Below, in pieces: positions 49,159 to 60,370 of a stretch of DNA of 64,000 nucleotides. Under the pieces are notes generated by a model. The model did no database searches and was not told the origin of the DNA. It saw nothing but the letters and a program-made list of their open reading frames with translations. Positions within the stretch are counted from its first letter, which is position 1; the number at the start of each line of letters is the position of its first letter. The translations under genes were made by a program, and so were the position numbers. Source of the DNA: Nageia nagi (taxonomy: Eukaryota > Plantae > Pinophyta); assembly GCA_050084985.1 (NCBI GenBank), contig JBITNC010000001.1, forward strand, positions 44,330,001 through 44,394,000. Direction: 5' to 3'.

Positions 49159-50088
49159 ATGACCACCGAGAGCGAAGATTTGCTTTTATCCGCCCAAGGT
49201 TTATTTGATTACAAACCCATATTGCGATCCGGCAGCCATTCTTTCAGAGGTTCCGAACCCACCATGGAAGACAAACACATCCGTATCGATGACATTTCCG
49301 ATCTTCTCCAACGTCCACACTTTGAATCCCCGCCACCTCCTCCCTCAGCGGCCTTCTACGGAGTTTTCGACGGCCATGGCGGTGTTACTGCTGCAAAATA
49401 TGCGCGTGAAAACTTGCTCAAATTCCTACTCCACGACCAAAACTTCCCCCACAACGTACAAACCGCTCTCGTGAACTCCTTCTCCACTACCCATCACGGC
49501 ATTTTTTCTACCACTGATTCAACTTCAGGTGCCGCCGTTCTGGTTGCGTTTGTATGGGGATCGATCCTCTACGTGGCGAATGCAGGGAATTGCCACGCAC
49601 TTTTAGGGCGACGGGGCCGACCCATAATTCTATCCAAACTCCACCGCCCTATTTCTCCGTCTGAGAAAAAACGGATCGAATCCAATGGAAACCAAAATCT
49701 TCTGATTTCTGCGCCAGATGTGCAGAAGATCCAACTTATTGAAAAAGATGAGTTTCTGATATTGGTTTCTGATTCTGTATATGATGCTTTGAAGAACACT
49801 CGCATGGAGAGAATAGTTCGGCGTGAACTCAGGCTTCATAATGACCCATCAAAATGCGCCAAATCCCTTATTGCAGATGCCTTGAGAAGAAATGCCCGCA
49901 AGAATCTGACGGCAGTGGTAGTCTGTTTTAGTCCTTGTCCACCACCGCCAAAGCAGATTACACGTTCCGGGAAGAAGAATTGTACAGAAGAGTTTATGAA
50001 ACGCAAGCAGCGGAGCAAAAGTATTCATATGAAGTTAAAGGCTCTTCGTGATCGGAAAGTTGGTGAACGTCGAAAAGGGTATTGGTGA
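49159..50088 (+). CDS. Intronless protein phosphatase 2C-like protein (clade G-like), probably catalytically impaired
   Basis: LRSGS..MED, AFYGVFDGHGG, LYVANAGNC, DEFLILVSDS and RRELRLHNDP..LRRNARKNLTAVVVCFSP match plant clade-G PP2Cs. The ATG at 49159 is in ccaccATG context; an in-frame upstream ATG lies at 49078. No introns. Confidence 0.88.
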   Translation: MTTESEDLLLSAQGLFDYKPILRSGSHSFRGSEPTMEDKHIRIDDISDLLQRPHFESPPPPPSAAFYGVFDGHGGVTAAKYARENLLKFLLHDQNFPHNVQTALVNSFSTTHHGIFSTTDSTSGAAVLVAFVWGSILYVANAGNCHALLGRRGRPIILSKLHRPISPSEKKRIESNGNQNLLISAPDVQKIQLIEKDEFLILVSDSVYDALKNTRMERIVRRELRLHNDPSKCAKSLIADALRRNARKNLTAVVVCFSPCPPPPKQITRSGKKNCTEEFMKRKQRSKSIHMKLKALRDRKVGERRKGYW

Positions 50089-50296
50089 AGAATCGCAGGG
50101 CAGTTCTCAGAGCTCTTTGTACATTCCTGGAGGCTTCTTTGGGTGTGGCGAGGAAGTAAATGCAGAGAAGACGATAGGAGAGAGTTCAAAGCTGTCGAAG
50201 CTGAAAAAGGGTTTAAAATATTTGAGTTCATTGGTTTTGTTTGGCGGTTTGGCCGTTGCCGCTATAAGCATACTCAAACATATGAAGAGACTATAA
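50039..50296 (+). other. Out-of-frame ORF ending in a hydrophobic C-terminal helix; candidate frameshifted tail of the PP2C
   Basis: The +1 frame is open from 50039 and ends ...KLKKGLKYLSSLVLFGGLAVAAISILKHMKRL*. Confidence 0.5.
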
Positions 50297-50749
50297 CGTT
50301 ATAGGTTTTATTTTATAGGTTCCAAGAGGATAAAGACAACACAAAATTAAGAAGAACTTGAAGATTTGAATTATTAAATGTGGGCTATCAATAAACAACT
50401 AGAAATCATCATGCTATTTTCATCATGTCATTACAGTAATTTTTTAAACATGTATTGTAAAATGAAAATGCTTTTTAAGAAGATAAAAATAAAATTATTT
50501 GGTATTTGATGAAGTCAAAAAAATATTTGAAAGAGATGAAGGATAAAAACCAAAATAAAAAATTAAATTAAAATAGTATAAATTATAATGAAGAGGTACC
50601 AACTTTATGCTTTTCACCTTTTATTTTACATTACTTTGGTTTTCATTATATGAGTATATTATGTTAATTAGTTAGATTTTGTTATTCAATATATTAAATA
50701 AAAATGTTATATATATATTGTGAAAAATATATATTAAACAATAAATATA

Positions 50750-53700
50750 TGAAGAATATTAATAGATTTAATAAGTGATCAATTTAATATATTTTTATAA
50801 TGTTCAACTCAATCTTTGTAGTAATAATATAAAAAATTTATTGTACATTAAATAATAGCACAATAGAAATAATTTATGAGTTGAACTTGCAACCTAGGAT
50901 CTTTAATAATATATATGTTTGATTTTAATCAAACATTCATATGGAAGAACCAACAATTGGTAATGAAGCTTGAATAAATCAACAATGCACATGAATAAAT
51001 AACTTGGAGCGATGCACACACTTCTATTGATGATGATGAAAAACTTATAATACTTTCCAATGTATTACACACTTATACTTTGCAACTATGCTCATTTAGA
51101 GCTTACAATCATGGAGTTTCTCTGTAAGGAGAAATCTATAAGCTTATATAGAAATCATTAAACACTAGAAAACAATCTTAAGAACTAACAAAGATTATTC
51201 TTGTACCTTTAGATCCAAGCCATGTACCTAAATAACTTAAATAATCTACACTCGACACTTTGGAAAACTCCCAAAATACCTAAAATTATCTAATAATAGA
51301 AAGAAAAGTTGACCACACATGATCATGTAAGCAAACTCCTGCGATTGGATTGATCACTTGCAATCATATTGTTGATCTCTTGCAATCGATCATAGTTAAA
51401 TAGAAGATAAACTATAGCTTGATTAAAGTAGAATTGAAACCTATGATTAGGGTCAAATCACATGCAACTAGATATAAAGGCATGTGATTGGGATGAAACA
51501 TTTGTGACCTTATGAATGGTTGTATAGTTTTAAATAGAGATATAAAATCTTTATTTTAGTTTAGTTTCTAACATTCTCCCCCTTGATGTTGAATGAAATT
51601 CTTTTAGGAGTTCTCCATCATCACAAACTGGAAGTTGGATATGATCCTTCTCCTCTTTCTTCTCTTCCAATTCTAAATTAAAAATTCAAAATTTTATAAA
51701 ATAAAATTTGACACTCCTTCTCTCCATGGTTGAGTAGGTTCTGCTTAATCTTTGTATATGGTTATTACAAATGGTTGAGTGCCTTAAGAGTATTAACTTT
51801 CCTTTCATCCAAAAACTCTTTAATTGGAATTTCAACAATGCCTACATTAATGGTTTTCAAGAACCATTCTTGTACATATCATTCTTCATATCATGGTGTT
51901 CAAACTATACTCCTTTGGATACTCTATATGAGTATTTGCAATAATTAATCATATTTGAAATATGATTATACAACACAACACTTTCATATACTTTTAGAAA
52001 TATTTTTAAATAATACATAGCCAAATATTGAATAATTACATATGCAATAAGAATTTTCTCCTTATACAAATTTTCACTCTTCAATATGGCTGTACATTCC
52101 TCTTACCAAAAAATTTAAACACATCATTTTTTACAATACATAAATCATCTAAGATAAATAAGTGGCCCAAATTGCCCATCATTGCCTTCTCTACAAGAAG
52201 ACTCTTTTCCAATATTCTCTCCATAGAGAAATCTTCAAACCTTGCATTCTTTGCACATAATGCCTTTACTAGGCATTCTCTAATAGCAACTCTTCAAATC
52301 TAGTCATAAAGAATCCATTCACAAAATCATTAGTAAATAAATCATATATCAAAAAATCATCATAAGAAAGTATATTTTAATCCTTCCTTTGTTCTTTGTG
52401 TGCTTCCCATGAAGCCAAAATGCTATACTTTTTCCCCTTTTGTTGCTTTTAAAGCAACCATATCCTTTTATGCAATCCATATTGGTGTGGTGAAGCACAA
52501 CTCATCCATTGTTTCCTTTTCAATACAACTCTAATTCTCTATTTTTTCACTCTAAGTGAGTGATTCCTTACCAAACCATTGATGCCCCTATACTTATTAC
52601 AACTTGAAGTTCACCAATCTTTATATTTTTTTCTTTTTATCTAAATTTTTATTTAATTTTCTATCCCTAAAATAAGATAATTTGTTGTGCTCTTTTCTTC
52701 ATACAATATATCCTTCATTCTTGATGAGTTATCTTCATATTTGAGCATAGAGCTAATAGCTCTTATCTCCTATTGTTCTTCCTTAATGCTTTGGTATTCA
52801 TCCTAATAAGTCTTTACCTTCTTCTCAAAATAAAGACAATCATCATTCACTTCAAATGAGTGAGTTTTATCATTTGTTTTCCACTTCAAATAAGTGTTCT
52901 TTGGCCAAAAAATAACACTCCATTAGTGTTTCTTCTTGCTCAATATTTTCTTTCATATTTTATTTTTCAAAAAATCATTCATCTATTCCTCTTTAGTGGT
53001 TTTCTTCATAGGCTAGCCAACATTCATCCATCAAGAATATTTCTTCTTCATCATCTTCTTTTTTTCAACAATTTAGATCTTCAACATTATCTTCCATGAT
53101 AATTTCTATTTTTTACTTATTTTAAGAAATCATATTTTTTCTAACACTTTAGGTTTGACCCTTTCTGATTCGATGCCTCCTCCATGATATATTCTCCAAT
53201 ATGATTTTATGCTTCATCCAGAAATCACTCATTAATATTTTTATACTTTTATCTCCATGAAATACTCTTCAACAAGATGTTAGTCATATGCCTCTATGAG
53301 GCATTTATTTTCTCTTGCATCAAAAAAATTAGGATATTGTATTTCCTCTTCAAATATTATCTTCTCAAAGAGATATTAATAAAGGTATTCTTTAAATTCT
53401 CCATGTTTATGTATGCTTGATAAATATTACACATCCAAATTTTCTTTTATAGTAGAAAAAGTTTCATCAATACTCATTTTATCTTCTTCCTCTTTAAGGA
53501 GGAACTCATCATCATACATGCAAAGCTCCTCGTAGTATTCTTCATACCAACATGAATAAGAAATGCAAAGTTCTTCTAAGTCTTCACTAAGCTCTTCACA
53601 AATACAAGACTTAGAAATATATAACTCTCCCTTTCTCGTATAATTTTTAGATTTGTTTCCAAAAATATTTTCTATAATTTACAAGCATTTTCTACTATTT

Positions 53701-54909
53701 TATATTTTACAATCAGAGGAAAAATATTACTCTATATAACATTTTTAATTTTCATGAAAACCAAGAAATTTTAGTATTGCTGTACTTGTTATTTTATTTC
53801 TTTTTTTCTCCTTATAGTTTGCTCCAATTTGGTTCTTCATATCCTTCATGAGTGATGTCCCAAAGACCTTTTGCAATTAGCAAATACTTTATCTTAATTT
53901 CTTAGAAATTGTATTTTTCATCAAATTCTAGCATTAGAAACTTTGTAAAGACTTAATAAATATTCTACAACAATCTAAGCTATAGATTCACAAAATAATA
54001 CTCTTTACATGATTTTGGAAAAATCATCAAATTAGCTATGATACCATTTGAAGAATCTTAATAGATTCAATAAGTGATCAATTCACTATATTCATATAAT
54101 ATTAAACTCAACCTTTGTAGCAATAATCTAAATAAATTATACTATACTAATCATTAGCACAAAAGAATCAATTTATGAGTTAAATTTATAGCTAGGATCT
54201 TTAATTATATCTATGTTTGAGTTTAATTAAACATTCATATGAAAGAACCAACAATTAACAATGGAGCTTGAATAAATCAATAATATATATGAATAAATAA
54301 CTTATATCAAATCATGCACTTCTATTGATGATGAAAATAAACTTATAATATGAGCTTCAAAATACTACACATTTATACTCTACAATTATGCTCATTTAGA
54401 GATTACAATCATGGAGTTTCTTTGCAAGGAGAAATCTAGAAATATAATGTAATATTGAAAGCTTATATAGAAATCATTACATAATAGATAATAATCTTAT
54501 GAATTAACAAACATTATTAGCTTTACATCCAAACCACATAGGTCAATAGGTTAAAAAAACTACAATCCATACTTTGAAAAAATCCAAAAAAATTAAATAT
54601 GTCTAGTGATAGAAAATTTAGTTAATCACAAGTGATCATGTAATCAAATACCTATGATCAGGTTGATCACTTGAAATCATAATTTTGAATGCTTGCACTC
54701 AATCATAGCTGAATAAAAGATAAACTATAGCTTGACAGAAGCAAAAATGAAACCTACAATCAAGTTCAAATCATATAAACTAGAGATAAAGGCATGTGAT
54801 CAGGCTAAAATACTTATGACCCTATATATGGTCACATAATTTTGAAAAAAGATATAAATTATTCATTTTAAGGCTAAATTAGAGCAATATAGAAGTCCAA
54901 TTTCTAACA
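50750..54909 (-). mobile_element. Internally deleted Ty1/copia LTR retrotransposon
   Basis: LTRs 50750-51573 and 54049-54909 (TGAAG...TAACA) with 5-bp TSD ATATA on both sides. Minus-strand PBS TGGTATCATAGC (54035-54046) and PPT AAGGGGGAGAA (51574-51584). gag N-terminal relic YNF*EIKIKYLLIAKGLWDIT at ~53850-53935. Confidence 0.92.
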
Positions 54910-56639
54910 ATATAAATACTTTTTTCAAAAATGATGATGATAGATGACTCATCCACTTGAACTAGTAAAAATGCTATGTAGGTTTTGCAAAAATAAAATG
55001 ATAGAAAGATTTCAAAATGGCTAGTTAGGTTCAACCTTTAAGGAATAATTAAAACATGACTTAAAGAATCATTAAAATATGAAACTAAATAATTCATTGA
55101 GTATAATAATCATTTATGATCAAAGTTGATAACTTTCACTTATCATTTTTATTAGGTAGCATGGCCCAATTCCCTACCTAGCATTAGATGCCATGCATTT
55201 CTCTCTCCACTATAATGATTGCATAAATGGTGATTATGAATTTGTTTAGAATATTACCTTAGCCCATTGTTGGATGTGGGATATCAAAACTGATAATCAA
55301 TGTTGCATCATACTTGGTTAGAGTATAGGTTAGACATATTTCCAAGGAGATATTTGATGGTTTATATTCTAGGTTTCCATAAAAAATAGGTGGTGAGATG
55401 ATAAATTTGGTCTCCATTGTATAGGTTTAGAGTTGTGTTCTTTCTTAGAATGGATGAGAGATTGATATACTTTTGGAGATATCTAGTTAACGATGCATGA
55501 CATATCAATTGATCCAATTCTCTAAGAGAGATTGTAAATGGATGATCTCCATAAAAATATTTTAGGTTTGCACTTAAATTTGTATAAGAATATTATACAT
55601 AAGTTGTACTCTATCAATATAATTAAATCTTTTAGGAGTAATATGATAGAAACTAATAGAGTGTTAGGTCTCTAAATCAAAAATAGTATCCCCATACAAT
55701 ATAAATTCTAAACTTAAAAATATAGAAGGGGGGTAGGAATAGTATCTCTAAAAAAATATATTTCCATATAAACCATAAGTTGAGAACTTGAGAAAAAAAT
55801 AATGAATCCAAAACCATGTATCTTAGGATTTTTTACATGCTTGAAAGGTGTGCAAATAATATTCTAAAAGATAATATTATAGGCAAAGGGATTAAGGATT
55901 GTAATGTATTTTTATTCAAGTGCTAATTGGGATACCTTAGAATAGAATGATTTAAGAAAAAATTACATATTTGGGTTCAAGAGGAAGAACTAAATTATTC
56001 AAAAATATAAATCATAATCTTACCCATAAGAGTGAAGATGCCAATGCTTATTTCCACCATAGGGAGATGATAAGAGAGAATGAGTAGCCAAACTTAGGTT
56101 TATAGATTTAAGTTTGGATATTACCTGATAAAATTTGTAGTTCTCCCACCATGATTTCTAGGAGGTAATACCCACCTTTTATTGTAAGTGAAGGGGAAAA
56201 TTTTTATTTAGCTCCAAAAAGTATTAGTTATATTTGTTGGTAAGTTTGAAATTAATATGGATTTTTTTTCCTAGATAATCTATTTCTTAGTTCATCAATA
56301 AATCAAATAAAAAAAGCAAATGAATTCATTTTTTGAATAACTTATTTTATGAATCCATAATATCTTTATGAAAGATGAATTTCTTGAATCATAATCATAA
56401 GGGACCACTAAATGTAATTCTAGTTCATGGAAGAACTCTTTTTAAGGTAATTACCATCCCACTTGATCCAAGATTTGATAGATTCCAAAGATTTTGAAAT
56501 ATTGTAGATGAGAAATGATGAAGAATTTTGATAAAAATATGATATATAAGGGTAAGTGAAAGAAGATGAGTCCCACTTTAGAGGAAGTCTTAGGAACTAT
56601 TAGGTTTTTATATTTATTTAATAACTTTTTATTTTTTTT

Positions 56640-57480
56640 GGAATTATGAAGAAAATATGTGTGCACAATCTACATACAATTCTTCGTAAGTTATTACAAT
56701 TAAAAATGATAAGTTTAGGTCAAATTATTTTGGTTAGACATGAGTAGGTTTTGAAATGATAATCAAGGCTAATAAAGAATTAATAATAAAAAAATATCCA
56801 TGAAAAAATTACTAAAAATATCCTATATAATCTTTAGTGTCTTAGGTGTGTTTACCCAAAAATATTTAATTTATATCCAATTATGCTTGTTGGACATTAT
56901 GAAGTATGGTCTTGAAACTATATTTTTAAATAGTAGATTTTGCATATGTTTAATAACTTTTTATTTTTTTGAAATTATGACTTCACTAAGCTTAGGTCAA
57001 CTTATTTTGAGAAGAAGGTAAAGACTTTTTATTTTTTTGAAATTAAGTTTTGCATGTGAAGACTTAGAAGAATTTATTTTTTTGAAATTATGACTTTTTG
57101 AAATTCTTCTAAGTCTTCACTAAGCTCTTCACAATTCTTCAAAATTTTTTAAAAAATAAATTAAAAATGATAGTTTAGGTCAAATTATATGCTTACTAGA
57201 TATGAGCATTTTTTGAAATGACAATCAGGGCTAATAAAAAATAAAATATTCATGAAAAAATTATAAAGAAATATCCTTCACATTATTTACTGTATTAGGT
57301 ATCTTTACCCAAAAGGATTTAAAAAAATATTTTAATTTAGGTCAAATAAATGCTTGCCGAACATAATAGGGTATGGTCATGAAATTGTATTTTTTAAACA
57401 CTAGATTTTAAACATGTCTATCAAATATTAATTTATATAATATGGGTATTAGAATAAATTGCATATTTGAAAACTAGATT
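56640..57480. repeat. Tandem duplication (~460-bp period) with a patchwork spacer containing a perfect 20-bp inverted repeat
   Basis: ttaaaaatgata(a)gtttaggtcaaattat at ~56700 and ~57161. IR gtgaagacttagaagaattt (57056-57075) / aaattcttctaagtcttcac (57101-57120). Confidence 0.8.
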
Positions 57481-57599
57481 TTGAGAACTATATTTTTACC
57501 GAAGTGATTATTTTCAAGAATCTAACTCTAAGCGCTTCAAATTTTTAGATCAACTATGACCAAAAGTGAAAATCAAGGAAAATATTTTCACTTTTTGAT

Positions 57600-60350
57600 C
57601 AATAGTAGGAATCATATTCTTGCACTTACCTATAAATATGGATGGTCAGTTTATCCATTTCTATAATTTTTACTTATAGAGAAGGCTTAAGAAAATGCAA
57701 TGGTAAGCAAGAATCTTATAAGCACCATTTTTGTTTAAGGATCAAGTTATCCATTTAACATAAAGCATAGTTCCTTATCCATAAAAATTTATTAATATAG
57801 TACCTCTTAAGATTTAGGAACATAATGGTATTTTTATGACACTTTATGAAATCTTAAAGAGGAGTAATTTACCAATGGAAATCTAATTGTTTCTCAAGTT
57901 TATGATAACACCCTTGAAATGGGATTCAACATTCAATAAGTAGTAAATATGTGTATTTGATAAAAATTAAGAATATTAAGGATATGTATAAAACTTTCCT
58001 GCTAAATAGATGCTCTTGGAAATGTAATAAGTGAGCTTAACTTTGATGTAAGATATAACATGATTCCATATTGAATAAGAAGATATTTGTAAATAAATAG
58101 AATACTTATACATTTTAATATTTCTATAGTTTATATCCATTACCAATTATATTACAAGAACCAAAGTTTAAGAGGGGTTTAAGCTTGTTTGAAACACATG
58201 GCTTTACATCATTGTATATAGGATCCTAAAGCTAGATAAATTTTCTAATATTAAATAATTTTCTATGTTAGGGAATTTTCTTCCTTTATAAGAATGAGGA
58301 ATAGTATATTTGTAAAATACCCTCTAATGAGTTAGGAATTATTATGAGGTATACATATTTCTCAAATAAGACCTTGATCTTAGATGTTGATAAGCATGCA
58401 ATCAAATCCTTAAAATATAAAAAATACAAATTTGGGTGATAGGAAGTAGCCTTGAAAAATAGACCAAATTTTTTTAAACTTTTAGATTAAGTTTGGTTTA
58501 TTTTTAGAATAATACATACATACAAAAAAGAATAGATCTCTATTATTGGCATCTAATGTTAGCCAATGCCTAAGGATTTAAGTATTACGAGGATGTAATA
58601 CCAATCAATTTTAGATCATGATCCTTGATATAATCTGTTGCAGTTAGGGAAATAAGTTGTACCTAGTTAAAATTTACTGATAGAAAAATGATCATATTAT
58701 GAACTAAATAATCCACATGTCTACACAAATTTACAACCTCTATTACAATTAACAACTTATTAACTATAGATAACAATAGTTTAAATAAACATATAAATTT
58801 GTAACATTCTTCAAGGTATATATTCTCCCAAAAACTCTATTCTCTCATATTCATAAGAATATTAAAAAATATTAAATAAAACATAAAAGTAATAAAAGTG
58901 CATCACGATCCTTGAGCTAGAATCAACCCATCCTACGTTCATTAATTCCTATTCAATTTTATTATGCACAACTATTTATGCTTTAATATTCCCTTTCTTC
59001 TAATGCTTCTTCCTTTTTAAAATCATGGTCATGGGGTATTTATTTCTTCCTATAACTCTGAGGCTCTTCTTATTTGCTATGATCTCTTACTTGCTAGTTT
59101 GAAATTCTCATTTTGTTGGGGTAGGTGTGTGAACTATTTGACCAAATATTACTCTTTGGAATATCATCTCTAATTCTTGTTCTTTGGAAGTGCTTGTGAA
59201 GTAATTGATAGAAATTATCATATAGGATGCTCATGAAATGGGTAGGTAGTGGTTGTAAGGAATTTATTTCTTCCTTTTTAGTGAGATATATACCTTTCTT
59301 CCTAGCAAAAAACCATAAATTATGGATTCCAAGGAACTACTAAATCTATACTCATTAATTTATAGGTCTACACAAACATCCTACTTCAAATGATTGCAAT
59401 TTACTCTAGTGAAATATGGCATTGGGAATGCACTCAAAACACAACAATACAAAAATTAAGATTTAATACACAATAAAATGATAAAATAACTAAGGCCTAA
59501 TAGCTTTTGGGCTGATTTGGTTGATTTAAATAATGCTCCTATATAATAATCAATTTTGACAAACATGACTAGTTGGCTTATTTGTTGGGCCCATTTCATG
59601 CCTTCCTAGATTGTTAACATATTTTTCAATATATATATTAGCCATTAATGAAGCCTATTTTAATAGATTGGATGATCTTAGGGAGAAGATATTTATGCTT
59701 GAAGGTTAGAGCCTTACTGATTAACAATATGATGGGTCAATATTTTGAAATAATTATTTCACCTAGCTTGGGAGTGATTTTTATACTTTCATTCTTAACA
59801 ATCAAGCCATGTGATTGAGATGCAAGGGTTCATTAGTAACCCTTAAAAATATTAGAGCTAATTTCTAACTATGATCCACATGGATTTATGAAACTCATAT
59901 GGGAAACCATTAATCCAAAGGCTTGTATTATTTTTTATATGAATTAGAGATCTAAGTAATCCCTCAAGGGTGGGTGATTTGTTATAGTGATCATGATAGG
60001 ATAATGATAGCTTGCATTGAAGAATTATAAGAAATTCTTGTAAATCCTTTTTCTTTTGAAGAGAGAGTGATTGATAGGAAAGTACTTGAATATAATAGAA
60101 AGTAAAGGCTTGCAAGATAACAATGATGGTAATTAGGTCATAACTATCTTCTTGAAGGGCTTTGATTTACCTTTCTCAAATAGGCAAGTGAAGTAAAAAA
60201 ATTATGCCTTCATTATACTTTTTCCAATTTTGATTAAAGGAAGATAAGGATTTAATTAGTACCCTTTCAGCATCATATATATCTAAAAAATTAATTTAAT
60301 ACTAGATGAATTTGCACTACCATAAGTTCCTTATATAAATCCATATTGGG
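57600..60350 (-). mobile_element. Highly decayed LINE-like sequence
   Basis: Only faint motif relics (NKSPTLEG similar to KSPGPDG; QYG; DHxP-like), and their order is not clean. Confidence 0.3.
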
Positions 60351-60370
60351 ATTATGGTGAAAATAAGCTT

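Noticed and set aside
50021-50090. 70-nt intron that would join the PP2C to the TM tail in frame
   Set aside because: The phase fits, but the sequence is purine-rich with no U-rich tract and a weak AAG acceptor, so a one-base indel is more plausible.
54950-56560. LINE ORF1/RNase H relic
   Set aside because: The motif hints are too degraded to support a call without an HMM search.
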